Assembly (NCBI GenBank): GCA_041737385.1
Contig: JBGSRU010000005.1
Location: forward strand, 64,128 to 128,127
Source of the DNA: Candidatus Saccharimonadales bacterium
GTDB taxonomy: Bacteria; Patescibacteriota; Saccharimonadia; Saccharimonadales; SZUA-47
Direction: 5' to 3'
DNA length: 64,000 nt
This document shows, piece by piece, positions 28,560 to 37,594 of the stretch (within the stretch, counting starts at the first letter, position 1; each line of letters starts with the position of its first letter). Below the pieces are notes generated by a model. That model ran no database searches. It saw only the letters and a program-made list of their open reading frames with translations, and had not been told where the DNA came from. Both the position numbers and the translations under genes were made by a program.

Positions 28560-28763
28560 ATGGCAACATATAAGCACACAAACTCAAAAGGTGTCACATA
28601 CTATCTAAACTCAAAGGCTGTAACGCTTCGCGGTGGAAAAGAACAGACAATTTATTACTTCTCTAAGGATGATCGTCCTGAAGGCATCTCAGATGTTCCT
28701 GACGGAATGCAAGTCAATGAAAACCCACGTAATGGTTTCTTGACTGTCAGCCGCAAGAAATAA
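28560..28763 (+). CDS. small hypothetical protein (67 aa)
   Basis: Promoter-like and SD-like (AGAGGAAAGG) sequences upstream and a terminator downstream. Confidence 0.5.
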   Translation: MATYKHTNSKGVTYYLNSKAVTLRGGKEQTIYYFSKDDRPEGISDVPDGMQVNENPRNGFLTVSRKK

Positions 28764-28781
28764 TTTTTCGGTACTTATCGT

Positions 28782-28818
28782 AAAATAGCCCCATGGTTTA
28801 TTCTGTAGGGCTATTTTT
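28782..28818 (+). terminator. intrinsic terminator
   Basis: AAAATAGCCC (28782-28791) / GGGCTATTTT (28808-28817) followed by a T-run. Confidence 0.55.
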
Positions 28819-28854
28819 GTTATGCTACAACTATTCATTGTAAAAGGACTTAAT

Positions 28855-29139
28855 ATGGGAACAAAGAAAAGCGATGATCAACTAAAAGTAGACATACAAA
28901 GTGCGGGTGAGAAGATAGTCCTAGGTGGGGTATATCAACACTACAAATGCAGCGACAAACAATATAAAATCTTGGGATTTGCGACGTTTGAAGCTACCAA
29001 CGAATTATGTGTTATCTACAAAGCTCTTTATGGAGCTGAATTTACTTTTGTAAGGCAGGTTTCTATATGGCTAGAAACTGTAGAATGGGAAAGCAAAACT
29101 GTGCCACGATTTAGTCTAGTAAGCGATCGTGTGAAGTGA
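28855..29139 (+). CDS. DUF1653 domain protein
   Basis: GGVYQHYK...YKILGFATFEATNELCVIYKALYG pattern typical of DUF1653. The likely start is ATG 28855. Confidence 0.6.
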   Translation: MGTKKSDDQLKVDIQSAGEKIVLGGVYQHYKCSDKQYKILGFATFEATNELCVIYKALYGAEFTFVRQVSIWLETVEWESKTVPRFSLVSDRVK

Positions 29140-29609
29140 AAGACGGCTATCGACTTACGAAAGAAGACTTTAATTATATCTACGGCAAAGTTCCTCGACT
29201 GAATGTTGAGCTTGTGATACGCGGTGATAAGGGAGTGCTACTCACAAAGCGAACTATCGAGCCATGCAAAGGACTATGGCACCTACCAGGAGGAACCGTC
29301 TATTACGGTGATTCTTTTATGGATACCGTGAAAAGGATCGCGAAAAGAGAGTTAGATATCTCCGTTAAGGAGGCCGAAATGATTGGCTATATAGAATATT
29401 CTGAACATGTTAAGAGTGGTTATGGCGACCCTAGAGGCCTATCGTTTCTCATCACTGATTACAGGGGTGAAATAGTGCCAAACGATGAGTCTGATGGCTA
29501 TGAATGGTTCAATGTTTTACCAGAAAATATGCACCCACACCAAGGCGAATTCTTACTTAGTAAAAACCTCATAGAAAAATCGACACAACAGATTGATTTT
29601 AAAGCTTAA
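29136..29609 (+). CDS. NUDIX hydrolase
   Basis: GGTVYYGDSFMDTVKRIAKRELDI Nudix-box-like motif. GTGA overlap with the upstream gene. Confidence 0.7.
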   Translation: MKDGYRLTKEDFNYIYGKVPRLNVELVIRGDKGVLLTKRTIEPCKGLWHLPGGTVYYGDSFMDTVKRIAKRELDISVKEAEMIGYIEYSEHVKSGYGDPRGLSFLITDYRGEIVPNDESDGYEWFNVLPENMHPHQGEFLLSKNLIEKSTQQIDFKA

Positions 29610-29630
29610 GTGTGATATAATAGTATTATA

Positions 29631-30032
29631 ATGTCTAAAAATGTACCTTCGCCAAATCAACCGGATCTATTTGCATCATTAGCAGAGCCAGTACTGGGGA
29701 ATAATCCTCAGCCATTATCGCCTTCAGAGGCTTTTAAAACAGCTCATCCTGATTTTGTCGAACCTACGCCAGCAGAACGGATAGTTGATGCTGCTCACAG
29801 GAGGGTTGCTGAACGATCTGCTAATGTAGGAGGAGGAATAGCTGCTCTCTACAGGGGTGAACTAGAGACTGATCAAGTAGCACCAAATAAAGAGAAAGTA
29901 GATGATATAGAAGTGCCCACATCAAGATTAAAAAGTTCTGACGCAGCACTTCAACATAGAATAGCTAGAGACACAAGAATGCGAGGGCTATCAAAGGTAC
30001 GAGAAATTAAACAAAACCAAGGTCGGGAGTAA
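29631..30032 (+). CDS. hypothetical protein
   Basis: ORF only. No motif recognised. Confidence 0.4.
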   Translation: MSKNVPSPNQPDLFASLAEPVLGNNPQPLSPSEAFKTAHPDFVEPTPAERIVDAAHRRVAERSANVGGGIAALYRGELETDQVAPNKEKVDDIEVPTSRLKSSDAALQHRIARDTRMRGLSKVREIKQNQGRE

Positions 30033-30035
30033 CCT

Positions 30036-30806
30036 ATGCCAGCTCGAGAAACTAATGAGCACTACTATGTTCGACGTTTAGAAGCGCATCTTCCGGACAG
30101 CGTCGGCGAGCCTTTAGTCACGCCTACAGTGAACGACTTTCCAATTGTGAGTGATTCAAGTTATTTTGGTGATATAGCGGAGAGAGTAAAAGCAGCCTAT
30201 GAGCTAGATCTTGATAAGCCAACATTACCAGGTCTAGAACCAGAATCTATTAATCCTATTGAGCTAAGACGAAAGCAGAATGCAGCAGTTGCCATTGCAC
30301 GTCAACGAGAAGGCGCTGGTGCGGTAATGCAAGTTATTGTCACTACATTCAACCAAGATACATCGGGTGCACTATGGTGGTATCAAAAGCATGGCGAACT
30401 AATTCCAGTTCTGGAGGATGATACTCCAGATAACTTATATACTCGAACTCTTGACCATGTTGACCAACTGTTTGTAGCCGCTGCTCTCGCAAGAGTCGTT
30501 CCAAGCCAAACAACCCGTGAAAAAGGTGAAGCAGGACTTAAAGAAAAATTTAAAGCTAGAGAGGACGAGGCAGTTTTTCCGCTGTCAACCTTTGTCTGTA
30601 GAAACAGTGCCCGTATGAGAGAAGTATGGCTAGAACAACTCGAAGTAACTACAAAAGGCTACAAGTACCTACCAACTGCAGCAAAAAAAGAGTTATTGGC
30701 GTACATTGAACAAAGACCTGATAAATTTATGATGAAACCGGATATGCACAGTGTACTAGCGAGCTTGCATCCAAAAAATACAGGACGATTTCGTAAGCGT
30801 GCATAA
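30036..30806 (+). CDS. hypothetical protein
   Basis: ORF 3 nt after the previous gene and sharing TAATG with the dus-like gene. No motif recognised. Confidence 0.45.
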   Translation: MPARETNEHYYVRRLEAHLPDSVGEPLVTPTVNDFPIVSDSSYFGDIAERVKAAYELDLDKPTLPGLEPESINPIELRRKQNAAVAIARQREGAGAVMQVIVTTFNQDTSGALWWYQKHGELIPVLEDDTPDNLYTRTLDHVDQLFVAAALARVVPSQTTREKGEAGLKEKFKAREDEAVFPLSTFVCRNSARMREVWLEQLEVTTKGYKYLPTAAKKELLAYIEQRPDKFMMKPDMHSVLASLHPKNTGRFRKRA

Positions 30807-31744
30807 TGAGTAAACCGATTTTTATTTTGGCGCCGATGGATGATGTGACTGATACGGTTTTCCGGCGTATTGTTGCCGATTGTGCGGCACCTGACTACAC
30901 GGTGACGGAGTTTGTGAATGTTGACGGTCTGTGTAGTCCAGGCCGGCCGAGCCTGATTCGTAAACTAGATACCACACTAGATAGTGCTCCAGTCATAGCT
31001 CAGATATGGGGAAGCAAACCAGAAAATTTTGAAACTATTGCCAGTGAAATAGCTGATGGAACAATACCAGGGTTTGTTGGGATAGATATTAATTTTGGCT
31101 GTCCTGCTAAATCAGAAATACGCGCCGGTTGTTGTTCTGCACTACAACAACTAGAGCTGCGTCCTGACGCAGAAGTTATGATCAAAGCCACGCTAAAAGG
31201 CGCTGGTGATTTTCCTGTTAGTTTCAAGACGCGGCTTGGATTTAACAGTATTGATTATACGTGGCACGAGTTTTTGCTTGGCTTTCATCCGTCACTACTT
31301 ACGGTGCATGTTCGTACGACGAAACAAATGAGTAAAGTCCCAGCTCAGTGGGGTGCAATTCAACCAATTATAGAGTTACGAAATAAGCTATCACCAGGCA
31401 CAAAAATTATTATGAACGGCGATATCATGAACAAGAGTCACGGATTAGAAATAGTAGAAAAATATGGTGTTGATGGCGTGATGATAGGTCGTGGAATATT
31501 CCATGACCCTTATGCGTTTGCAGATCCAAGTCCGTGGCAAGCTGTCAATCAAAGCGACCGTATAGAACACTTTAAAAGACATGTATTGCTCCATGAAAAG
31601 CAGTGGCCAGACACTATGAAGCCCTTTAACCCTCTAAAGAAATTTGCTAAAGTATATATCAGTGAATTTTCGGGAGCAGCTGATTTACGAGCACGAATCA
31701 TGGAAGTTGAGACTGCTGAAGAAGCATTACAAATAATTAGGTAA
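30806..31744 (+). CDS. tRNA-dihydrouridine synthase
   Basis: ILAPMDDVTDTVFRRI N-terminus, TIM-barrel FMN motifs (INFGCP, HVRT, GRG). Confidence 0.85.
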   Translation: MSKPIFILAPMDDVTDTVFRRIVADCAAPDYTVTEFVNVDGLCSPGRPSLIRKLDTTLDSAPVIAQIWGSKPENFETIASEIADGTIPGFVGIDINFGCPAKSEIRAGCCSALQQLELRPDAEVMIKATLKGAGDFPVSFKTRLGFNSIDYTWHEFLLGFHPSLLTVHVRTTKQMSKVPAQWGAIQPIIELRNKLSPGTKIIMNGDIMNKSHGLEIVEKYGVDGVMIGRGIFHDPYAFADPSPWQAVNQSDRIEHFKRHVLLHEKQWPDTMKPFNPLKKFAKVYISEFSGAADLRARIMEVETAEEALQIIR

Positions 31745-31779
31745 GTATATTTCAACTTAACAATTTTATAAATATACTA

Positions 31780-33372
31780 ATGGTTGTATCATGTAGATAC
31801 TTACTTATGGTTATGACGTCTAAGAAAACAATGAAACCTCTTCGAGCTCACACGCTCTTTGGTTTGCTCAAAAATGATTTAGAGTTTGTCGATTCTCAAA
31901 TTTTGCGTCAAAAAATCTATGATCAATCAAGATTTTCTATTTTGTATTTCATTTTGCTTATTGGCTCGACACTTGTTTGTACACTAGGACTTCTCACCGA
32001 TAACTCTGCAATTGTTATTGGCGGTATGTTGATTGCACCACTTATGTGGCCACTTGCTCGATTAGGATATGGAATTTCACATAGTTCACGGACACATTTG
32101 ATACGCGGAGGGGCATTATTACTGGCTAGTATTTTAATTGGTGCGATTAGTGCCTATTTTATAACTAGTATTTCGCCAATTAAGGTGATAAATAGTGAGA
32201 TACTAGCCCGAACGTCACCAACACTCATGGATTTGTTCATAGCATTGACGGCAGGATTTGTGGCGGCAATTGCTATTACACAGAAGAAAATAGCTGATTC
32301 ATTGGCTGGTGTAGCAATTGCTGTATCTTTAATGCCGCCGCTTTGTACTGTAGGAATTGCTTTGAGTTTGAGAAATTATCAATATAGCGCCGGAGCTTTA
32401 TTGTTGTTTGCTGTCAACGCTGCATGCATCACATTTGTGACGACACTGGTACTTGCTTATAACGAATACGTGCGTACCAAAAAATTTCGTATTGCAACAA
32501 AAGCAGCAACGATCAATGCATTGCTAATTCTTGCAATGGCAATACCTTTAGTTAGTTTTTTGCGTGCATATAGTTTCGAAGTGTCGACATATAGTAGTGT
32601 AACAGCAGAAATGGAAGATTTCATTGAACGTAAAAGTGCAGGTGCATCATTTGAAAACATCGAAATATCTCGTGCCAGTGGAGATAGCATGTCGATTAAT
32701 GCCGATCTATTAATAGCAAATGATTCAGTGTTTAGTTTTGAAGACAATGAACTGCTCATATCATTACTAGAAAAAATTGTTAATAAAGAAGTTTTAATTA
32801 ATTTGCGGATACAGACAATCATCGAACCAATCAGTAAAGACCAATCAGAAAATGAGCAAAAGATCACCACAATTAGTAGTAAATTAACTGAAGAGCTAAC
32901 TGCGCTCAACGACAGCTATAAGATTAGTAGTATAAGTGTCTCTCAAAACGTCGCTAAAGATGGCTGGGTAATTAATGCGGAGATATTATCTGATCCAGAG
33001 CTAGTGCCAACTGGTCAATCACTTGTCAAGATCGATAATACAATAACTGAACATGTGAGCGATGAAATTGAACTTAATTTAACATTTTTGCCTCGTCTAA
33101 CATTGCGTACAGATGATCAAACGCAGTCTCAAGAAACACGAAAAGCAGCTGAAGCAGTTACGAAAACACTCAACTCTCAAGCAGAGCTTAGTTCTTTTTC
33201 ACTTATTCAAAACGAATCTCAAGCAACAGTTGCCTACACGATTACTTCTGCCAACCCATCTGTATTTGATGAGCTATATCTCAACACGGTTAAGCAGCGA
33301 CTTGGTAGTATTGTTAAAAAGGACGTTACTCTGCGCGTAAGACTCGTCACTGCAACGGACATAGTGCTGTAG
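31780..33372 (+). CDS. DUF389-family membrane protein with large C-terminal soluble domain (start uncertain)
   Basis: TM block with DNSAIVIGGMLIAPLMWPL, resembling DUF389/TIGR00341. Confidence 0.6.
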   Translation: MVVSCRYLLMVMTSKKTMKPLRAHTLFGLLKNDLEFVDSQILRQKIYDQSRFSILYFILLIGSTLVCTLGLLTDNSAIVIGGMLIAPLMWPLARLGYGISHSSRTHLIRGGALLLASILIGAISAYFITSISPIKVINSEILARTSPTLMDLFIALTAGFVAAIAITQKKIADSLAGVAIAVSLMPPLCTVGIALSLRNYQYSAGALLLFAVNAACITFVTTLVLAYNEYVRTKKFRIATKAATINALLILAMAIPLVSFLRAYSFEVSTYSSVTAEMEDFIERKSAGASFENIEISRASGDSMSINADLLIANDSVFSFEDNELLISLLEKIVNKEVLINLRIQTIIEPISKDQSENEQKITTISSKLTEELTALNDSYKISSISVSQNVAKDGWVINAEILSDPELVPTGQSLVKIDNTITEHVSDEIELNLTFLPRLTLRTDDQTQSQETRKAAEAVTKTLNSQAELSSFSLIQNESQATVAYTITSANPSVFDELYLNTVKQRLGSIVKKDVTLRVRLVTATDIVL

Positions 33373-33379
33373 TCCTATA

Positions 33380-33973
33380 TTAGTTAGTCAGATTACGCAC
33401 ACCAATAATGATTAAATCTACGCCATAAGCACCGACGACGAACCCATTTAATCTCAGGATTATTTCTGCGTTTTTATCAAATGCAACAGTAAATTTTCTA
33501 AGTAGTTTATGACGCATAAGCATGAGTGTACTAACAATTATGAAATTAAGTATCATGACGATTGCGATGATGATGGACCCTTGAATAGCATTTTCTACTT
33601 CGCCGATTAATATGCTTAGCGTGATGGTACCTGCACCAACAATAAAGGGCAGTGCAACTTCTGAGGCTATAGTACCAATTTCTCCACGGGTGTTGATCAT
33701 TGATTTTTTGCCCTGCAATATAAAACTTAGAGCAAAACTAACTAACACAATACCACCGAATATTCTAAACGCTTCGAAATCTAGCTGTAGTATTTCAAAT
33801 ATCTTTTGTCCGAAAATAGCAAAGGCAGTGTAGATAATAAACGAAATAACAGAAGCCCCTGCAAAAATACGAAAATACGTACCAAGCCCCTGTTCTTTAT
33901 AAAGCGGCAACATATATATAAATAGTGCGAATGGATTAAGAAGCACCAAAAATGAAAAAATAAATGCGATCAT
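33380..33973 (-). CDS. MarC-family (UPF0056) integral membrane protein
   Basis: LLNPFALF N-terminal motif, six TM helices, about 197 aa. Confidence 0.75.
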   Translation of the reverse strand: MIAFIFSFLVLLNPFALFIYMLPLYKEQGLGTYFRIFAGASVISFIIYTAFAIFGQKIFEILQLDFEAFRIFGGIVLVSFALSFILQGKKSMINTRGEIGTIASEVALPFIVGAGTITLSILIGEVENAIQGSIIIAIVMILNFIIVSTLMLMRHKLLRKFTVAFDKNAEIILRLNGFVVGAYGVDLIIIGVRNLTN

Positions 33974-34019
33974 ACCGCATCAAATCATAACAGTTTTTTA
34001 GGCTTATAGGTAGAGACAA

Positions 34020-34361
34020 TTAAAGAGAATATTTTTCGCCCCATGCTGCCATGTTTTGTAAAACTTCCTGGAGCTCAAGGCCTTTAGTTGTAAGCTGATA
34101 TTTATAACGAGGTGGATGATCATTGTACAGATTTTTTTGCACGATTCTACTCGATTCTAGCTTAGAGAGTCGGGCACTTAAGGTGCGGGGGCTAATACCG
34201 CTCAACATCGTCTCTAAGTCGCCAAATGTCATTGGTGACGATACGAGTTGGCCAATTAGTAGGGGCGACCATTTATCTCCAAGCACACACAGTGCGGACT
34301 GAATGCAGCCGGCTCTTTTCTCGACTTTTTCTGCTGCTGGTTTAGGGGTAGTAAATGCCAT
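34020..34361 (-). CDS. HxlR-family transcriptional regulator
   Basis: C..SALCVLGDKWSPLLIGQL...ISPRTLSARLSKLE winged-helix signature. Confidence 0.85.
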   Translation of the reverse strand: MAFTTPKPAAEKVEKRAGCIQSALCVLGDKWSPLLIGQLVSSPMTFGDLETMLSGISPRTLSARLSKLESSRIVQKNLYNDHPPRYKYQLTTKGLELQEVLQNMAAWGEKYSL

Positions 34362-34502
34362 GAATATATGTGCTTTCTTGCTTCCCTGCTAGTGTAACAT
34401 AATTTGTACTTTACAAAGTATAGTTACTTGTTCTACACTAAGAAACACATAGTTACTACACTAAGTATAGCCACAAATAATATAAACAGGAGAATATCGA
34501 GT

Positions 34503-35051
34503 ATGACTAAAAAAATAAAGCTTATCATAAGTTCAACCCGTCAAGGACGCGTCGGAAAGCAAGTTTCTGATTGGCTCGTCTCTGCTGCTAAAGATAACAG
34601 TGTTGAACTTGAGGTTCTTGACCTTCAGACAATCCAACTACCGTTTTTTGATGCTATGGTGCCGCCGGCATATATGCCAACTGAAACGCCAGAAGGTATA
34701 GCGTGGGCGAAAATGATTGCAGATGCAGAAGGCTTTGTGTTTGTGACACCTGAGTATAACCGCTCAATTCCTGCTAGCTTGAAGAATGCGATTGATTTCT
34801 TAGTTGCCGAATGGAAAGAGAAACCAGCAGCAATTGTCAGCTACGGTTATATCGATGGTGGTGGTAGCGCAGTAAAACACTTACAGGACATATTCAACTG
34901 GTTGAAGATTCATGTTGTTAATGAACCAATGCAAGTGCAGCTGACACAAGATACTTTTAACGAACAAGGACAGTTCGTTGATGTTGATGCGACGCTAGGA
35001 CAGGTTAAAGAAGCTTTTATCGCTTCGTTAGAAGCAATCAACAAAGCCTAA
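34503..35051 (+). CDS. NAD(P)H-dependent FMN reductase
   Basis: IKLIISSTRQGRVG and TPEYNRSIPASLKNAID motifs. AGGAGA SD precedes ATG 34503. Divergent from the HxlR gene. Confidence 0.8.
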   Translation: MTKKIKLIISSTRQGRVGKQVSDWLVSAAKDNSVELEVLDLQTIQLPFFDAMVPPAYMPTETPEGIAWAKMIADAEGFVFVTPEYNRSIPASLKNAIDFLVAEWKEKPAAIVSYGYIDGGGSAVKHLQDIFNWLKIHVVNEPMQVQLTQDTFNEQGQFVDVDATLGQVKEAFIASLEAINKA

Positions 35052-35190
35052 TCACGAGGTTAGAGAGACTTATGTGTAAGGTTCAAAGTCTTAAAAGAAC
35101 TAGTCGAATCAACGACTAGTTCATTTAAGTTGGAATCTAACAGAGTAATTCAGTATAATGCTAGGTAACTCAAGAATGTTTTTGACGAAA

Positions 35191-35226
35191 GGTTTAGCTC
35201 AGTGGTTAGAGCAGTCGGCTCATAAC
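35191..35226 (+). pseudogene. orphan 5' half of the tRNA-Met gene (D-arm to anticodon loop)
   Basis: 35/36 nt identical to 35254-35289 of the intact tRNA. Identity stops after CTCATAAC. No matching acceptor or 3' half. Confidence 0.65.
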
Positions 35227-35250
35227 TTAAAAATTTAGGACTTTAATGGC

Positions 35251-35326
35251 GGGGGTATAGCTCAGTGGTTAGAGCAGTCGGCTCATAACCGATTGGTCCC
35301 TGGTTCAAATCCAGGTACCCCCACCA
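35251..35326 (+). tRNA. tRNA-Met, elongator type (anticodon CAU; tRNA-Ile2 not excluded)
   Basis: 76-nt cloverleaf: GGGGGTA/TACCCCC acceptor, GCTC-AGTGGTTA-GAGC, loop CTCATAA, CCTGG-TTCAAAT-CCAGG, encoded CCA. C11:G24 is an elongator feature. Confidence 0.9.
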
Positions 35327-35450
35327 TTAAAGTCTTTAATACAAGTTGAATGGTCACTGGTGAGAACCGCCTGTAGCAGTATAGTCAAGGAAACTTTCTC
35401 TCAAAAAATTGTTTTTCAAAGAAGAAACTTCGGGCCAACGGTGACGTGGG

Positions 35451-35471
35451 CAAATCCAGGCACCCCCACCA
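35451..35471 (+). repeat. orphan 3' fragment of a tRNA-Met-like gene (T-loop to CCA)
   Basis: CAAATCCAGGCACCCCCACCA versus tRNA 35306-35326 CAAATCCAGGTACCCCCACCA (20/21 identical). Confidence 0.65.
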
Positions 35472-35499
35472 AAATTATTTTTCGTGTAATATATATGTA

Positions 35500-35952
35500 A
35501 TGGATACGCTTAAAACAATACTTCAAGATATTCGTATAAAACTCGGCACAAAAGGATTCGATGATCCAAGGTTGCTTGGGTTAGTATTACTTGCCTGTGT
35601 TGGCTTAAGCGTCATATGGAACGGCGCAAGAGTTGTCCAACAAAACTACGGACTCATTCAGAAAGTTGCCGTGTTAGAAGAACAAAACCGAATTTTAGAA
35701 CTACAAAATCGTAATAAAGAAATTCAAAATGAGTACTACCGCACGCCAGAGTTTGCTGAACTAAAAGCCCGCCGCGTAAACGGCAAAGCTTTACCTGGCG
35801 AACAAGTATATCTTATCGAGAACGAGACCGCACTTGCAGGCCTTAAAACACCACAACAAGAGACTGTCGAAGCCCAGCCTGAGAACAAGCCACAATATCA
35901 GCAAAACTTCGAAGCATGGATGGATTTCTTCTTTGGCGACAAAGACAGCTAG
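35500..35952 (+). CDS. FtsB/DivIC-like septum-formation protein
   Basis: One TM followed by a Leu/Asn/Gln coiled coil (LEEQNRILELQNRNKEIQNEY). The track ORF start at 35446 lies inside the tRNA fragment; ATG 35500 is preferred. Confidence 0.4.
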   Translation: MDTLKTILQDIRIKLGTKGFDDPRLLGLVLLACVGLSVIWNGARVVQQNYGLIQKVAVLEEQNRILELQNRNKEIQNEYYRTPEFAELKARRVNGKALPGEQVYLIENETALAGLKTPQQETVEAQPENKPQYQQNFEAWMDFFFGDKDS

Positions 35953-35957
35953 ACGTT

Positions 35958-36203
35958 CTAGCGGATCTTAGTCTTCAATTTCAGGTTTGCCATGTAATGT
36001 TGCGGGTTAACATCGGGATGCTTGTGTAAATAACTCATGTGTTTATCAACAAATGTTACTTGATGATCAGGGTGTTTTTCACTATCTGCGCTATAGCTCG
36101 ATACAGTTTTGTATCGTTCGTCTTTCTGCATAGCAATGAGCGACTCCTCAACATCTTTTGCTTCGTCAGTATCGTAGAAATTCGGTCGTTTTTTGTAGGA
36201 CAT
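35958..36203 (-). CDS. small hypothetical protein (81 aa)
   Basis: ORF 4 nt downstream of the helicase gene. No motif recognised. Confidence 0.4.
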   Translation of the reverse strand: MSYKKRPNFYDTDEAKDVEESLIAMQKDERYKTVSSYSADSEKHPDHQVTFVDKHMSYLHKHPDVNPQHYMANLKLKTKIR

Positions 36204-36207
36204 TGGA

Positions 36208-37437
36208 CTACTTTCTTATAGAACTTTTTTCAACAAATGTGAGCGCATTACCTGTTTTACCCGCGCGTCCCGCGCGTCCAATACGGTGGATATAGTCATC
36301 ATATACTTTAGGTATTGAGTAGTTCACAACGTGAGAGATGTCAGCAACATCAATACCGCGAGCAGCAACATCAGTTGCGACGAGAATACTAATTTCATTG
36401 TTCTTAAACTTTGCAAGTGCTCGTTGACGCTGACCTTGTGTTTTACCACCGTGGATTGAATCTGCATTAAATCCTCTTGTCACCAGCTCCTTGCTAAGTC
36501 GTTCAACACCACGCTGTGTTTCGTCGAACACAATAACTTTTGAAACTTCGTCCTTATTAAGTACATCGTGAAGTTTATCCATTTTCTCTACATTACCTTG
36601 ATATGAGACAACATCTTGATGGATGTTTTCGCTCGTTGTGCTGGCTTTAAGCGAAATAGTAACTGGATTATTCGTGAAGCTATCAATCAGGTTTCTGATT
36701 CGAGCGTCCATTGTTGCAGAGAAGAAGAATGACTGACGGTTTTTTGATACTTTACTTAAGATTTCACGAACATCTGGCAGGAAGCCCATGTCGAGCATCC
36801 GGTCGACTTCATCGAGCACAAGCATGTTAGTATGTTGTAGCTTGAGCGTTCCACGCTGTATGTGGTCTTTTATTCGTCCGGGCGTTCCGATGATGATTCG
36901 AGGGCGACGTTGTAGTCCTCTTAGCTGAAAGCCCATGCTTGATCCACCGATAAGTAGTACGCCAAATAGATTGCTACCTTTAGATAGGTCTTGGCATTCT
37001 TTTTCGATTTGTTGTGCTAACTCACGTGTCGGCGCAATAATAAGCGCACTGCTTGTTTTGTCTTCAAGTAGTTTGTGAAGCATTGGTAGCGCAAAAGCTG
37101 CAGTTTTACCCGTTCCCGTACTTGCAATACCGATAACGTCTTGGCCGTTTAGTGCAGCTGGAATAGCCTGGTCTTGAATAGGAGATGGTATTTTGTAACC
37201 TTTTTTAGCAAGGTTTTTTTGTAGTAATTCGCCAAGCTCAAAGTCAACGAAAGAATGTGTCGGTTCGTAGACATCAGCTTCTGCTGGTGTTGATGCTGCT
37301 TGTACGAAACGAGCAGGATCAATATATTGTCCTTGGTTGCGTCCACGGCTAGGTGGTCGTTTTTGTCCGCCAGTTCGGCTTCGTGCATATTTACTTGCAA
37401 CTGAAGAGCTGCGGCTTGATTTATAAGAGTATCCCAT
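36208..37437 (-). CDS. DEAD-box ATP-dependent RNA helicase
   Basis: Q-motif PSPIQ, ASTGTGKT, DEVD (DEAD variant), SAT, HRIGRAGRAG. The likely start is the internal Met at 37437 of ORF 36208..37530. Confidence 0.9.
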   Translation of the reverse strand: MGYSYKSSRSSSVASKYARSRTGGQKRPPSRGRNQGQYIDPARFVQAASTPAEADVYEPTHSFVDFELGELLQKNLAKKGYKIPSPIQDQAIPAALNGQDVIGIASTGTGKTAAFALPMLHKLLEDKTSSALIIAPTRELAQQIEKECQDLSKGSNLFGVLLIGGSSMGFQLRGLQRRPRIIIGTPGRIKDHIQRGTLKLQHTNMLVLDEVDRMLDMGFLPDVREILSKVSKNRQSFFFSATMDARIRNLIDSFTNNPVTISLKASTTSENIHQDVVSYQGNVEKMDKLHDVLNKDEVSKVIVFDETQRGVERLSKELVTRGFNADSIHGGKTQGQRQRALAKFKNNEISILVATDVAARGIDVADISHVVNYSIPKVYDDYIHRIGRAGRAGKTGNALTFVEKSSIRK

Positions 37438-37594
37438 TAGAATATGGTCCTTTTTGTTTAGTTTATGTACATATATTGTCTGTTGAAGACGAGTACGTGC
37501 ATCTAAACAACTCATATCCAAAATGAACAATTACACTAATTTTAGCATGAAAATATATATAAGTCAAAATCAAAAACGATTATGTCTACTGCTG

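Noticed and set aside
34404-34502. N-terminal 33 codons of the ORF listed at 34404..35051
   Set aside because: This stretch lies in the divergent promoter region shared with the HxlR gene. An AGGAGA SD precedes ATG 34503, where the flavodoxin-like fold begins.
35446-35499. N-terminal extension (MGKSRHPHQNYFSCNIYV) of the ORF listed at 35446..35952
   Set aside because: These codons are the orphan tRNA 3' fragment (CAAATCCAGGCACCCCCACCA) read as protein. The ATG at 35500, followed by a TM plus coiled coil, is the plausible start.
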